Sequence record: MF327008
DNA length: 64,000 nt
DNA from: Shigella phage Sf24
Direction: 5' to 3' (one strand)
Of this stretch, positions 53,500 to 63,898 are shown piece by piece; positions within the stretch are counted from its first letter, which is position 1, and every line of letters starts with the position of its first letter. The position numbers were made by a program, and so were the translations under genes. The notes under the pieces are model-generated. The model ran no database searches. It saw only the letters and a program-made list of their open reading frames with translations, and was not told the DNA's origin.

Positions 53500-53582
53500 A
53501 GACCTTCCCCTTATGTTTCTGTTTGCGATTAGATTCTTTAAACGCTTTCTTCTTATCCTTATGAACAGAAGCTTTATTAAAA

Positions 53583-53801
53583 TTATGTTTTGCGACTAAA
53601 TTGTTCATAGTGCTGAATTACCTCTCTCAAACATTTGCATGTGAATGAAAACTTTTTAGCTACACCACATTCAAATATATGTTCTCTTAAATCGCGTGTG
53701 TCAGTATATCCCATCTCAACGATAAAATGCCGTATTAGATTTTTATCTTTATCATTGAGAGAATTAAAATAATCGGATTTTGAATTAATTTCCCTGGCCA
53801 A
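53583..53801 (-). CDS. hypothetical protein, 72 aa
   Basis: ORF. Confidence 0.5.
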   Translation of the reverse strand: MAREINSKSDYFNSLNDKDKNLIRHFIVEMGYTDTRDLREHIFECGVAKKFSFTCKCLREVIQHYEQFSRKT

Positions 53802-54081
53802 ATTGAATCACCTTCAGTTGACGTTTTAATTCTTTTATCATTTCTTCGTTCATCGCAATATAAAGATCGCGTAAAGCAGGTTTTAGCATGTCATTTATTA
53901 TAGAACTAAATGGACACACATAATCTTTTCCTACAAGCTTTTTGGTGAATTCCATATCACAGAACTTAAATCCCGGCTCATTGGCATAAATTCCCCAATT
54001 AGTTGACATCATTTTATTAGCATATTCCAGTGCCTGGATTTGATTCATAATTCCATCAATTTGAAACTTTTTAATATTCAT
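53785..54081 (-). CDS. hypothetical protein, 98 aa
   Basis: ORF. Confidence 0.5.
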   Translation of the reverse strand: MNIKKFQIDGIMNQIQALEYANKMMSTNWGIYANEPGFKFCDMEFTKKLVGKDYVCPFSSIINDMLKPALRDLYIAMNEEMIKELKRQLKVIQFGQGN

Positions 54082-54542
54082 TAGTAAAGGTCCTCAGAGT
54101 AAAGTTCTTTTTCACTACCACCACGTTCAATACGTACTTGTCCAGCGTAAGTTGCAATAATCATTGCTTCTTCACGTGTCCAATAATTACTATATTGGTC
54201 AATAAACCCTTGGTCATCATCACAAACTTGTTGAGTAACTAATTGAGGTTTAACTACATCTAAAACTTCTGCCATATCTTTAGAATAATGACGAGCACCT
54301 GGAATAATAAGAGTTCGTCCATCTTTTAATTTAAAACGGTTGGCTGCACAGACAATTCGTCGTTGATACTTTTGGTTTTCATCCCAATATGCAGGCTGCC
54401 AACAGATTTCAGGAACTTCTTTCAGAATATCTTCTTCTGTGCATTTATAACCATGCGCTTTAAATTTTTCAACAAGACTTTCTGGAGTTTCACGAGATAA
54501 AGGAACATTCAGCATTTTTAAACGATTAATAAATGGGTTCAT
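54081..54542 (-). CDS. hypothetical protein, 153 aa
   Basis: ORF, ATGA coupling. Confidence 0.55.
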   Translation of the reverse strand: MNPFINRLKMLNVPLSRETPESLVEKFKAHGYKCTEEDILKEVPEICWQPAYWDENQKYQRRIVCAANRFKLKDGRTLIIPGARHYSKDMAEVLDVVKPQLVTQQVCDDDQGFIDQYSNYWTREEAMIIATYAGQVRIERGGSEKELYSEDLY

Positions 54543-54868
54543 TTAAACCATCCTTTAATACGTTGCCACAAAGTTTTCTGCTGAGCTTTGTTAACACCAA
54601 TTGAACGAATAACCGGTTGAGATTCCTGGAATTCTTTATAATCGGCAAGGTAAATTTCGTAAGCTGCATCCGTAAATGAACTTATCGCTGCCATAAAATT
54701 ATTGCGAATACCTACTGGAGCATCTTTACTTTCACGAATAATCATGTATTTACCAGTCTTAATCTTTACGATAGTTCCAAGATAAGCTCCGTGGTACCAA
54801 ATATCCCAACCCTCTTGAGTAGGTTCTGCGCAACGACGAAGTTCATTAACAATTTCTAACTTGTTCAT
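54539..54868 (-). CDS. hypothetical protein, 109 aa (motA.1 position)
   Basis: ORF. Confidence 0.55.
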   Translation of the reverse strand: MNKLEIVNELRRCAEPTQEGWDIWYHGAYLGTIVKIKTGKYMIIRESKDAPVGIRNNFMAAISSFTDAAYEIYLADYKEFQESQPVIRSIGVNKAQQKTLWQRIKGWFK

Positions 54869-54878
54869 TATTTATTCC

Positions 54879-55514
54879 TCACAGTTCAGATGCTACAGTG
54901 ATTACAGCTTCAATGTTTTCTGCCGAGCGTTTAATGTCAAGATACACATTACCGTTTTTAGCGATTTTACATGACATTCCGATGTCAGTAAATTTCTGAA
55001 TATGATGTTCCATCATTTTGTATCCAAAAATTCGCATGTTTCCATTGTTGTTAATTTCAAAATTGCGAATTCCGTGAGTGCGTTTTTCTAAAATAGCGAG
55101 ATAGTTACTGCGATAAGTTTCAACCTTTTTAAGAACAAATCCATTTTCATCTAAAAGTTTTAACATGAGGTCTTTATCTTCTTCCATATCGGAAGTAATC
55201 TCGCGAGCTTTACGAGTTGCTCGTTTTTTCAGTAGTTCCGGAGCATTTTCTTGTGCGTATAAAGTTGCTGCATTTGAAATAATATCCTGAGCTTCACCAG
55301 TAATGATTAATCCATCACCAGATTTCTCCACCAGGCCTTTTTTAATCAATACCCCAATATTACTATTAACTACTGCGTTACCTAAATCTGGATGCACCTC
55401 ACGAACTTCTGCGGCTGTAATGAAATCTTTCTTAGCAATAGTAATTAAAATCGCAGCTGTTTTTTCATTCAGAACATCGTTAGAAGCTTTGATGATGTAA
55501 GTTACTTTAGACAT
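54879..55514 (-). CDS. motA: MotA middle-transcription activator
   Basis: 211 aa, T4 MotA length; early promoter and terminator upstream. Confidence 0.92.
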   Translation of the reverse strand: MSKVTYIIKASNDVLNEKTAAILITIAKKDFITAAEVREVHPDLGNAVVNSNIGVLIKKGLVEKSGDGLIITGEAQDIISNAATLYAQENAPELLKKRATRKAREITSDMEEDKDLMLKLLDENGFVLKKVETYRSNYLAILEKRTHGIRNFEINNNGNMRIFGYKMMEHHIQKFTDIGMSCKIAKNGNVYLDIKRSAENIEAVITVASEL

Positions 55515-55555
55515 TTTCTAATCTCCGTAATTCTGTATCAGTAGTTGATAGTTGT

Positions 55556-55585
55556 ATAGTACCACAGTATGCTTTGGTTGTAAAC
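55556..55585 (-). promoter_or_regulatory. early promoter for motA
   Basis: Minus strand GTTTAC-N14-GTG-G-TACTAT with A/T-rich upstream element; near-identical to elements at 37726 and 59367. Confidence 0.65.
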
Positions 55586-55610
55586 CGTTTTGTGAAAAAA
55601 TTTTTGAAAT

Positions 55611-55636
55611 AAAAAAGGGAGAGCCGAGGCTCTCCC
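55611..55636 (-). terminator. rho-independent terminator upstream of the motA promoter
   Basis: GGGAGAGCC / GGCUCUCCC hairpin followed on the minus strand by UUUUUU. Confidence 0.65.
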
Positions 55637-55641
55637 TAAAA

Positions 55642-55791
55642 TTACTGCTCAAACGCGATAACTATCGTGATAACACGTTGAATTCCGAACGCAAGAAGAC
55701 CTCCTGCTACGGCTGGAACAACACCTAAACCAGCCAGTAAAATGCTACCGGATACTAATGCAGCGCTTGTAATACCTATGAATGGACTCAT
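55642..55791 (-). CDS. small hydrophobic protein, 49 aa
   Basis: Own translation MSPFIGITSAALVSGSILLAGLGVVPAVAGG...; start overlaps gene 52 stop (ATGA). Confidence 0.4.
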   Translation of the reverse strand: MSPFIGITSAALVSGSILLAGLGVVPAVAGGLLAFGIQRVITIVIAFEQ

Positions 55792-57116
55792 TTGATTTCC
55801 TCTAAATCTTTGGTGTATTCTGTAACTACATCAGTAGTTTTCCAATATTCGTTTTCTTCTTTTTTAGCTTTAGCTTCTTCAGCAAGTTTCTTTGCTTCAT
55901 CAGAAGTCATATGAAAAATATTCATACCAACTAGTTTATCAACATAAGAAGAATACATCTCAATTTTAGAAAGTTCTTCGGTCAGTTCTTTACGAGTTTT
56001 ACCCTGTACAACAATTTCACCTGAAATTACTTTCTTAATGAAATGTGCCTTGGCAAAGGCTAAACGAAAAGCTGACTCAGTTTCTTTGATTTTGTTATCA
56101 ATTCGTTTTTGGACATAAGTTTTACGAATTTCAACAAAGTCTTTAATTAAATCGACTACGTTATCGTAAACTTGTAGTTTTCCTTTCTCATTAATAACCG
56201 TAATATTCTGAGAACGACGCTCAATCAACCCGAAGTCTTTCATAATTTTTGCATGGCGTTCTTCTTCATTATCGCTCAAAGAATATTCTTTACGGAATTT
56301 AACTTTGAAGCCAAAACCATGCTCACCACAAGCATCATCCCACGTAATGAAGCCTTTATCTTCAAGCGGGTCTAAGATTTTACTCACATAAGTTTCACGA
56401 TCATACTTATACGGAATCTCAGTGATATGCATTTGAGTTCGTGAAGTAAACTTGTACGTTCCACGAATTTCATATTGACCGTCAATTTCAACGACTTCAC
56501 CGCGAAATTCTGGGAATTCTACCTTCGGTTTAGTTACTTTCTTTCCTTGAAGAGCTTGCAATACAGCTTTCTTGACAGAAGAAACGCTATGAGGAAGAAT
56601 GTAAGTTGCATAACCAGTTGCAATACCGGAAACACCGTTAAGAAGAACAGTAGGAATAATAGGCAAATAGAAAGCAGGCGGAATGTGTTCTTTATCTTGA
56701 TGTACCGGAGCATATTCAGTATCTTTATATACGTTATAGAAATTTTTACTTACACGAGCAAAAATATAACGACTTGCCGCTGCTTTTTGAACGGTACGAG
56801 AACCAAAGTTTCCTTGACCATCTAACAGAGGAAAGTTATTATTCCAAGTATTAGCCATCAAAGCACCTGCGTCTTGTGCAGAGTTTTCACCATGATGATA
56901 TCCAAGGTCTGCTACACCACCTGCAATAGAAGCGAGTTTGTGAAACTTATCTTTATTTCCTCGTGCCAAATCAAGAGCTCGAGAAATAACAAATCGTTGA
57001 ACTGGCTTAAATCCATCAATCATATTTGGGATAGCACGATTTTCAACCGTGTACATAGCATAAGCCAATGCTTCATTATCAATGATACTTTTTAAATCGC
57101 GATTATTCAGTTGCAT
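55788..57116 (-). CDS. 52: DNA topoisomerase II medium subunit gp52
   Basis: 442 aa, T4 gp52 length; type II topoisomerase breakage-reunion sequence. Confidence 0.92.
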   Translation of the reverse strand: MQLNNRDLKSIIDNEALAYAMYTVENRAIPNMIDGFKPVQRFVISRALDLARGNKDKFHKLASIAGGVADLGYHHGENSAQDAGALMANTWNNNFPLLDGQGNFGSRTVQKAAASRYIFARVSKNFYNVYKDTEYAPVHQDKEHIPPAFYLPIIPTVLLNGVSGIATGYATYILPHSVSSVKKAVLQALQGKKVTKPKVEFPEFRGEVVEIDGQYEIRGTYKFTSRTQMHITEIPYKYDRETYVSKILDPLEDKGFITWDDACGEHGFGFKVKFRKEYSLSDNEEERHAKIMKDFGLIERRSQNITVINEKGKLQVYDNVVDLIKDFVEIRKTYVQKRIDNKIKETESAFRLAFAKAHFIKKVISGEIVVQGKTRKELTEELSKIEMYSSYVDKLVGMNIFHMTSDEAKKLAEEAKAKKEENEYWKTTDVVTEYTKDLEEIK

Positions 57117-57120
57117 AAAT

Positions 57121-57261
57121 TTACCATACTAGTGAATGTAGTGCCATAATAACATCAGAAATGAAAAGCACGACTTGAATTAATCCGAACATTACTCCAT
57201 AATATAGTGCTACCAATAAAGTAGCAAGGGCTAATGAATAGCCCAAGATTTTCTTAATCAT
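57121..57261 (-). CDS. small membrane peptide, 46 aa
   Basis: Own translation MIKKILGYSLALATLLVALYYGVMFGLIQVVLF...; start overlaps ac stop. Confidence 0.4.
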   Translation of the reverse strand: MIKKILGYSLALATLLVALYYGVMFGLIQVVLFISDVIMALHSLVW

Positions 57262-57412
57262 TAGTAGATAACAACACAAATGTTAAATATGCACACATAC
57301 CCTGGGCTAAAGCTTGTGAAAACACACTGCTAGCATCGATACAGATAGTTAAAACACATGCTACTATCCAACAAATAAATGAAATAACTCCTAATAATTT
57401 TGCGATATTCAT
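57254..57412 (-). CDS. ac: Ac acridine-sensitivity membrane protein
   Basis: 52 aa hydrophobic peptide MNIAKLLGVISFICWIVACVLTICIDASSV... directly upstream of stp. Confidence 0.65.
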   Translation of the reverse strand: MNIAKLLGVISFICWIVACVLTICIDASSVFSQALAQGMCAYLTFVLLSTND

Positions 57413-57419
57413 ATTTTCC

Positions 57420-57500
57420 TCACTGGCGTCCGAAGACGCCTTTGTTTTTAAGATTGTTACGATAGAACTGCATCACATGTTCGTTATGGAAATTACTCAT
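57420..57500 (-). CDS. stp: Stp peptide (activator of host PrrC anticodon nuclease)
   Basis: 26 aa; own translation [26 protein letters not shown] differs from remembered T4 Stp at one position. Confidence 0.85.
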   Translation of the reverse strand: MSNFHNEHVMQFYRNNLKNKGVFGRQ

Positions 57501-57666
57501 ACACACCACACATTTTGCATAAACGTTCAAAACAGATAAATCCGCCACCTACACACATCACGACAGCCACATTATCATTAAGAGGTAGACCTAAAGCCGT
57601 AAAGATTCCAGTCAATGTGAATAAGGCTAAAACTAATAGGTAACCCATTACAAATAGAGCTTTCAT
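57493..57666 (-). CDS. small hydrophobic protein, 57 aa
   Basis: Own translation [30 protein letters not shown]...; start overlaps ndd stop (TAATG), stop overlaps stp start. Confidence 0.4.
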   Translation of the reverse strand: MKALFVMGYLLVLALFTLTGIFTALGLPLNDNVAVVMCVGGGFICFERLCKMCGVYE

Positions 57667-58124
57667 TAGTATGCCTGCAAAACAAATTTAAAGTTATCAG
57701 CCAACATACGGTTCATTTCTTCAAGTGTTTGATACTCAGAATGATGATTACGAGTAAACGCTAAAGCTAACTGACCTTTTCCAAATCCTGTCGTCAAAGG
57801 TTTCATCTTAGAAGCAGGAAGATAAAATACTGCATATGGAACATTGTTATTTGCAATAGTACGCGCAAGCTGAGACCGACGTTGACGAATATGACTTAGA
57901 ACTGCGCTGAATCCTTGCTTAGAACGTTGATTACCTACATAAAATCGTGCAGACACACATGGATTACTAAATGGACGACCATCTAATTTACTTACTAAAA
58001 AGTAAAATCCAGGTTTAGATAAAATATCTTTATGTGGAACTCCCAAAAACCATTCACCACCCTTGATTGTACCAATAACAGTAGCACCTGCATCATTCAG
58101 ATCAGTAACAGTCATATATTTCAT
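57666..58124 (-). CDS. ndd: Ndd nucleoid disruption protein
   Basis: 152 aa; sequence [28 protein letters not shown]... Confidence 0.9.
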   Translation of the reverse strand: MKYMTVTDLNDAGATVIGTIKGGEWFLGVPHKDILSKPGFYFLVSKLDGRPFSNPCVSARFYVGNQRSKQGFSAVLSHIRQRRSQLARTIANNNVPYAVFYLPASKMKPLTTGFGKGQLALAFTRNHHSEYQTLEEMNRMLADNFKFVLQAY

Positions 58125-58182
58125 ATTAATTTCCTCTAAATTATTTTCTACTCCAAGGCCGCATGAATACGCGGCCGATAAA

Positions 58183-58398
58183 TTAATCGTCGCAGTCGAC
58201 GCTCAATTCCCAAAACTCTTCTACAGTATAAGTTTCAGTATCATTTTCAATACAGAAACGTTCATTACTGTTATTTGTTAAAGTAGCATTAACTGTCGGT
58301 TTCTCGCTAGTGCTCTTAAGAGGTGAAATACGAATTAACTGATCACCGTTATCTAAACAAAAAATTTCACCAACTTTTACATCTTTAAAACTTTTCAT
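58183..58398 (-). CDS. hypothetical protein, 71 aa
   Basis: ORF. Confidence 0.5.
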   Translation of the reverse strand: MKSFKDVKVGEIFCLDNGDQLIRISPLKSTSEKPTVNATLTNNSNERFCIENDTETYTVEEFWELSVDCDD

Positions 58399-58513
58399 AA
58401 TTCACCTCAAGGAGTATAAAATCCAAATGCAGTTGTTGACCATCCCATCCAATATGGAAAATTTGCACCAATGTAAAACATAAGAATATAAAACCAAATG
58501 TTTAGTAAATTCA

Positions 58514-58732
58514 TTATTTTACACCATTCCAAATTGTTTCAACTACAGATTTTAAGCCATTTTGATGAATGTCCATTCCGACTACCGCCATCAAATAGAT
58601 TCCAACTACAACTGAACCTAAGGCAAAAATCAGCATGAAAATGAATAAAGCCGGAAAAATATTATCGAAAAACCATTCAATAAATGTAAAAGCACTGCGT
58701 TTACGCTTCATATTTTCCTCACATAAATCCAA
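58514..58732 (-). CDS. hypothetical membrane protein, 72 aa
   Basis: ORF with two hydrophobic segments. Confidence 0.5.
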   Translation of the reverse strand: MDLCEENMKRKRSAFTFIEWFFDNIFPALFIFMLIFALGSVVVGIYLMAVVGMDIHQNGLKSVVETIWNGVK

Positions 58733-58832
58733 AGTAAGCGTTTAATACATCAATCATTAAAACGATTGGGAATATACTCAAAACTACTAGTATTATAACT
58801 ACATTCCATATAGCTTTAATAATCTTTTTCAT
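58719..58832 (-). CDS. small membrane peptide, 37 aa
   Basis: Start set at MKKIIKAIWNVVIIL... because the longer supplied ORF runs through the early-promoter motif at 58861-58890. Confidence 0.4.
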   Translation of the reverse strand: MKKIIKAIWNVVIILVVLSIFPIVLMIDVLNAYFGFM

Positions 58833-58860
58833 TTTCTGTTCCTCCGTAGTTGATAGGGTA

Positions 58861-58890
58861 ATAATACCACAGAGGAACAGTCTTGTAAAC
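58861..58890 (-). promoter_or_regulatory. early promoter
   Basis: Minus strand GTTTAC-N14-GTG-G-TATTAT. Confidence 0.55.
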
Positions 58891-59075
58891 AACTTTTTTA
58901 AAAATATTCGTAATAAATGTGAATACCAACTACTACTGCTGAAACTTGCGCAACCCACCACGCACAAGCAATAAGCACAGAATTCAAAATTTTCATAATA
59001 ACCTCATCACAAAAGTAAATGTTAAACAAATTAATGGAATACTAATTAACCAAACGAAACACCACCATAATGAAC

Positions 59076-59339
59076 TCATAGTTCAATCTCAGCGATTTCC
59101 AAGTGTTTTTGTTTTATTGCCTTTTTAACACAATCATGGACTAAATATGACCATGAATCATTATATTCTCCATTAACTAATCGTTGGAGATCTTCACGTG
59201 ATGATAAGTAAGGTTGATCTGATTCCCATTTTGATAAAAATACTGCAGTAAAAATATCTCCTTCATCTGTAGTTGAAGTCGTAAATGCAATAAATTCACC
59301 GGTAATTTTATGTTTAGCGTAATAAAATTTAAATTTCAT
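59076..59339 (-). CDS. hypothetical protein, 87 aa
   Basis: ORF with early-promoter motif upstream. Confidence 0.5.
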   Translation of the reverse strand: MKFKFYYAKHKITGEFIAFTTSTTDEGDIFTAVFLSKWESDQPYLSSREDLQRLVNGEYNDSWSYLVHDCVKKAIKQKHLEIAEIEL

Positions 59340-59366
59340 TTTTACTCCTCCGTAGCTGATAGTTGT

Positions 59367-59396
59367 ATAGTACCACGGTCCTTGTGGTATGTAAAC
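59367..59396 (-). promoter_or_regulatory. early promoter
   Basis: Minus strand GTTTAC-N14-GTG-G-TACTAT upstream of the 59076-59339 gene. Confidence 0.6.
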
Positions 59397-59412
59397 CGTT
59401 TTGTGAAAATTT

Positions 59413-59970
59413 TTAAATGGAAAGATACCATCCGTTGTAGTTGCTTTTTCTTACAACCTTACGAAGGTCTTCTCTATCACCGATGAACTTCGGAGTGTAC
59501 TGGATGACACCTGGGTGAATTTCTTTAGTGTTGAATATAATTATACAGTCAGCGACCTGATGATTCAGAATGGGCCCTAGATTTATTCCAGAACCATATG
59601 GATACTCTCCGCTGCATCCTGTTGTTACAGAAATCCAACGTGAGTCAGTTTGATGTGTCTTAACTTCTACACGAAGCCCGCAGTATCTTGGATGCGCCAA
59701 TACATCCCATGCGTATGTATACGGGTCATTAACATCCTCTTGGCCTTTGTTAACATATCCGCTTAGCCAATCTGCTACAAAAAACTCTGCGTACACCGCG
59801 ATACGACATCTTTCAATAACTTCTGCTTTATCCTGATTTGGATTTTGTTTTAAAGAGTATCTTGCTGTATCAGCAATTTTGACCTTCATTTCACTAGTCA
59901 AGTCATTGTTCGATAGGGTAAATGTCGGAATCTGAAATAGTCTCTGTAAACCCGGATTCGTTTTCTGCAT
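59413..59970 (-). CDS. denB: endonuclease IV
   Basis: 185 aa, T4 DenB length; sequence MQKTNPGLQRLFQIPTFTLSNNDL... Confidence 0.9.
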   Translation of the reverse strand: MQKTNPGLQRLFQIPTFTLSNNDLTSEMKVKIADTARYSLKQNPNQDKAEVIERCRIAVYAEFFVADWLSGYVNKGQEDVNDPYTYAWDVLAHPRYCGLRVEVKTHQTDSRWISVTTGCSGEYPYGSGINLGPILNHQVADCIIIFNTKEIHPGVIQYTPKFIGDREDLRKVVRKSNYNGWYLSI

Positions 59971-60232
59971 TTAGACTTTCCTTTTTACCGCTGAGATAAG
60001 CGTTATATACTTTAAGAGTGCCGTAATAAATTCGGTCATTTTCATCTAAAGACTCACGGTCAAGTTCATCGAGTTCCTTTTTATCCATGACTATAACATC
60101 ATTGCAGTAAAGAAACCCAAGTTTTTCGTGACCAAACTCAAATTTATTGCAATACACAATATTAGCGTGATGATTACCGTGCAGTTTAATCTCTTTTATG
60201 TCGGAATCACCGATATTCATACAATAAATCAT
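59903..60232 (-). CDS. hypothetical protein, 109 aa; its 5' end lies in the first copy of the tandem duplication
   Basis: ORF MIYCMNIGDSDIKEIKLHGNHHANIVYCNKFEFGHEK... Confidence 0.5.
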   Translation of the reverse strand: MIYCMNIGDSDIKEIKLHGNHHANIVYCNKFEFGHEKLGFLYCNDVIVMDKKELDELDRESLDENDRIYYGTLKVYNAYLSGKKESLNAENESGFTETISDSDIYPIEQ

Positions 60233-60497
60233 AATTTTTCCTTAAAACAAAAGGGCCGAAGCCCCTTATTTTTATTTGAATTGTGCAATTCTTTTTTCTA
60301 AACAATCTGCGTAAGATTTCATTGAGATGAACTGTGAAAGCAGTAATTCTTGCTACTATAACATCATTGCAGTAAAGAAACCCAAGTTTTTCGTGACCAA
60401 ACTCAAATTTATTGCAATACACAATATTAGCGTGATGATTACCGTGCAGTTTAATCTCTTTTATGTCGGAATCACCGATATTCATACAATAAATCAT
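60207..60497 (-). pseudogene. duplicated 5' fragment of the preceding gene, frameshifted at the repeat junction
   Basis: First 48 codons identical to the 59903-60232 ORF; the frame then reads through the copied terminator hairpin. Confidence 0.5.
60242..60276. terminator. bidirectional hairpin terminator (copy 1 of duplicated element)
   Basis: GGGCC-GAA-GCCCC hairpin flanked by A-rich and T-rich tracts. Confidence 0.55.
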
Positions 60498-60506
60498 AAT
60501 TTTTCC

Positions 60507-60541
60507 TTAAAACAAAAGGGCCGAAGCCCCTTATTTTTATT
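60507..60541. terminator. bidirectional hairpin terminator (copy 2)
   Basis: Identical to 60242-60276; lies after the 64-aa ORF. Confidence 0.55.
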
Positions 60542-60731
60542 TGAATTGTGCAATTCTTTTTTCTAAACAATCTGCGTAAGATTTCATTGAGATGAACTGT
60601 GAAAGCAGTAATTCTTGCTCAACTTCATTAATCGTTAGAAACTTTGTGCTTTCTAAAAATTTGCTCAGTGCATTAATTTTGAGCATTAATTGATCGTATT
60701 CTTCTTTTACTCGTGCTTGATAACCTAACAT
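60537..60731 (-). CDS. hypothetical protein, 64 aa
   Basis: ORF downstream of rIIB; its last ~27 codons lie in the second copy of the duplication. Confidence 0.5.
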   Translation of the reverse strand: MLGYQARVKEEYDQLMLKINALSKFLESTKFLTINEVEQELLLSQFISMKSYADCLEKRIAQFK

Positions 60732-60760
60732 AATTTTCCTTAGTTAAGGGCCGAAGCCCC

Positions 60761-61699
60761 TTATTTAAATTGTTCAGTAACGTCTTCAACTACTTCGTAT
60801 TGGCAAGTACGCATTTTAGCATCGTTGTAATCAATCGGAATTGATACTACATCGCGAGGATGTACTTTAACTTTTACAACTCGGCTGGTTGAACTACCAA
60901 AGTGACGAATATAAGATTTAGAACACACATGCAGACCACGAGAACAAGTTTGTGTATCATCGTCATTCACACGAGTACGTGGCATTTTAACTACTTTACC
61001 AGGACTGTTATCAAAAGTATTTGAATGACAGTCAAAGTAATTACTACGAACTACTTTCCAAGCATAGAAGTAGCCATCTTCTGTAATTTCAATATCGTTT
61101 GCTACCAAGAAATCAAAGAGTCGAGATACCGCTTTTTGGCTCGGGTTTTCCAGCAGATTTTCCAAGAACGGAAAATAAAATTCAAAGTTTTCACCTTTTT
61201 CCATCGAATCGAGAATACGATCAACTAAACCAGACCGCAATTCAATATTTTGATAGAACAAGCTTCCACCTTCAATTCGAACATCACCGGAAATATATTT
61301 TTCAACAGCGCGACGAACGTTAATTTTTTGTGCTGCTTCTTCCAATTTATCTGCAACAAGCAGATTAAGAATTTCCTGGAAGTTTGAATGAGTATTAGGA
61401 GTTGCGTTATAAGTTACACCGTCAACAGTAATTGAAATGAATTTTTTAGATGCATTCCAAATAATGTCAGATTTAGCAACTGGAGCAATAACTGCATCGC
61501 TATTAACTTTAACTGTAATATCACCGCTAATAGTAACTTTAGGGCGTTTAGCTTCTTCAGCATTTTTCAAAACACGACGGATTGTGTCAACCGATACATC
61601 CTTCCAATAAGCCAATTCCTGTTGGGTGTAATTACCGCTTGAATACAGTTTAACAATTTCAGCTTGTTCGTTTTTGGTCAGGCATTTAATATTGTACAT
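60761..61699 (-). CDS. rIIB: rIIB protein
   Basis: 312 aa, T4 rIIB length; sequence MYNIKCLTKNEQAEIVKLYSSGNYTQQELA... Confidence 0.92.
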   Translation of the reverse strand: MYNIKCLTKNEQAEIVKLYSSGNYTQQELAYWKDVSVDTIRRVLKNAEEAKRPKVTISGDITVKVNSDAVIAPVAKSDIIWNASKKFISITVDGVTYNATPNTHSNFQEILNLLVADKLEEAAQKINVRRAVEKYISGDVRIEGGSLFYQNIELRSGLVDRILDSMEKGENFEFYFPFLENLLENPSQKAVSRLFDFLVANDIEITEDGYFYAWKVVRSNYFDCHSNTFDNSPGKVVKMPRTRVNDDDTQTCSRGLHVCSKSYIRHFGSSTSRVVKVKVHPRDVVSIPIDYNDAKMRTCQYEVVEDVTEQFK

Positions 61700-61710
61700 A
61701 ATTTTCCTTA

Positions 61711-63888
61711 TTAGGCCGCAAGGGCCTTCATAGTTTTAGCGATTTGGGAAACTTCATCATCACTTAAAGAGCTGCGATATCCGATGAAGTCGGAAACAAT
61801 ACGGAATTTCTTGGTAAACTCAGCAACCATTTTATCACTGTTTTTTGAAGCATTATTTGATAATACATCAAAAAGATTAGTTACTGTCCAGATGTCATGA
61901 CCGATGGTATCTTTTCCACCGTTGAAATATACACCCTGTAATGAACTAACCATATTAGCGAGTCGTGTATATTCTTCAGAAACTTCATCTACACTGAAGT
62001 ACTTCATCATAAAATCTAGCTCAGGATACTTGATAATTTTATCAATATATCGTTTAGCTGAACTTGAATAACCTACGTACTTATCATAATCTACATCATC
62101 AAAAGCATCTACATATAAATCACGCAAAGCTTCAAAAATACATTGGCACTGACCGAGTTCTTTTACCTTTTTCTGTAAAAGCGGACGAATAACATAAAAT
62201 TCATTAATGCCAATAAGATTAGCCATACGAATCAAAATATTCATAGATGGATGACAAAGCGATGTAGTACCATCCATAGAGAAAATATCAGAACGATGCA
62301 TATACGCTACATAACCAGTAATTTCATCTGCTTCTGATGTGAGCGTAAATAGTTCCTCTTTTTCCCAGCGTCCGTCTTTAATTTCAAACTTAAATGCTGT
62401 AGCAGCTTTAGGACGAGGAGCTTTACTTTTAACTACCTTTGGAATATAACTTTTAACCAAAGCTTCAATTTCTGACAAATAGTGAATGTTAACTTCATCA
62501 CTTTCAAACATTGCCATAATATCAGGTAGTAAATCAATCTGCGATTCTACTTCCGGATTAATAAACAGAAGACGCTCATTGTGATGAATATTCAAAGTGT
62601 TATTAAATTCACTATCATCTAGCGCATGTGCTAATCCACGGACAATATTAACACGATTTTTAATATTATCAATAACGATATTAATTTTTGTTGTATTAAT
62701 ACCAAACAGACGATAACTTGATGCAACGGCTGAAGTTTCATGACTTTGCTTAATGCGTTTCAGTCGAGGGTCAAGATTTACTTCATACACCACGCCTGCA
62801 TTACATAACTTACTGTCAGGTTCAAACATGCTCTGCATCTTCTTATATGACAGATTTTTAGTCGTGAATTTGACTGAATTACTAATCATATAATCTCGAG
62901 CAGAATAGCCCATTTTCATTAACTCGCGATACGTATGGCGAGGAGATGTAGATTCTTTAAATCGTTTTACATCTTCATTAAATGCTTTCTCACTAAGCTC
63001 TTTAACTCGTTCAATAATATTTTTACGAGTACGATCATCCAATGAAAGAGCTTCACGTGATGGAGCAATATCAAGTGAACCCATTGGAAACTTAATGTAA
63101 TTTACTTCATTGCGAATGCTTAGCCAGTTACGGTCTCTAATAACACCATCGATAGGATAAACAATACCGCCATAGATAGCATATAATCCACCACGATCAG
63201 GCCAGTATCTTTCTGGATTTACACCGTAATAGTCATCAAAATCCGGAAAATAATCAATTTCGCGGTCAAGACCATTAATGATAGCTAAATCTTTGAAAGG
63301 TCGCATGATATAAGAAACTTCATAAGCAAAGTTTCTAAAGTCTTTTTCTTCAACTGGAACTACGATTTCAATACCAGTTTTATCATCTGGACCCATTTCT
63401 TTTACGAATGTAGGTTTAATCTGTGGACCATCACCATCCATGTAAGCTACATAACCACGAATTTCACCTTTATGATACGAAGTAATACTAAATGTATCAG
63501 TATAACTAAACGGAGATTTAGAACCTAAACCAAATCCGCCAATGAAATCGTTAGATTCAGCCTTAGATGAACTGAAGTATGAATTATACAAACCAGGAGA
63601 ATTATCATCACCCTGAATATCAAAATCACTCATACCCGGACCAAAATCTCGGCAAACAAATCGTGGATCTAAACGTCCAGGAACTTGAATGATAAATTTT
63701 TCAGGATTTCCATTGAGAGCATGGGCATCAATCATGTTGGTAATCAATTCACGAACAACTGCGCGAATCTTATTTGTATACAAATCAGATGATAAGATTT
63801 TAAATACTTTAGGAGATGCTGTGATGCTAAATGCTTTTGATTTAGAACCATTACCAAGAATTGTTTCTTTTTCAGTGGTGATAATCAT
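61711..63888 (-). CDS. rIIA: rIIA protein
   Basis: 725 aa, T4 rIIA length; GHKL-type ATPase-like N-terminal region. Confidence 0.92.
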   Translation of the reverse strand: MIITTEKETILGNGSKSKAFSITASPKVFKILSSDLYTNKIRAVVRELITNMIDAHALNGNPEKFIIQVPGRLDPRFVCRDFGPGMSDFDIQGDDNSPGLYNSYFSSSKAESNDFIGGFGLGSKSPFSYTDTFSITSYHKGEIRGYVAYMDGDGPQIKPTFVKEMGPDDKTGIEIVVPVEEKDFRNFAYEVSYIMRPFKDLAIINGLDREIDYFPDFDDYYGVNPERYWPDRGGLYAIYGGIVYPIDGVIRDRNWLSIRNEVNYIKFPMGSLDIAPSREALSLDDRTRKNIIERVKELSEKAFNEDVKRFKESTSPRHTYRELMKMGYSARDYMISNSVKFTTKNLSYKKMQSMFEPDSKLCNAGVVYEVNLDPRLKRIKQSHETSAVASSYRLFGINTTKINIVIDNIKNRVNIVRGLAHALDDSEFNNTLNIHHNERLLFINPEVESQIDLLPDIMAMFESDEVNIHYLSEIEALVKSYIPKVVKSKAPRPKAATAFKFEIKDGRWEKEELFTLTSEADEITGYVAYMHRSDIFSMDGTTSLCHPSMNILIRMANLIGINEFYVIRPLLQKKVKELGQCQCIFEALRDLYVDAFDDVDYDKYVGYSSSAKRYIDKIIKYPELDFMMKYFSVDEVSEEYTRLANMVSSLQGVYFNGGKDTIGHDIWTVTNLFDVLSNNASKNSDKMVAEFTKKFRIVSDFIGYRSSLSDDEVSQIAKTMKALAA

Positions 63889-63898
63889 AATTTCCTCA

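Larger units (their letters stand above)
60090..60619. repeat. perfect tandem direct duplication, 2 x 265 bp
   Basis: 60090-60354 and 60355-60619 are identical base for base by manual comparison. Confidence 0.9.

Noticed and set aside
60090-60619. Possible CRISPR-like repeat array
   Set aside because: Only two long (265 bp) abutting units with no spacers; this is a tandem duplication, not a CRISPR array.
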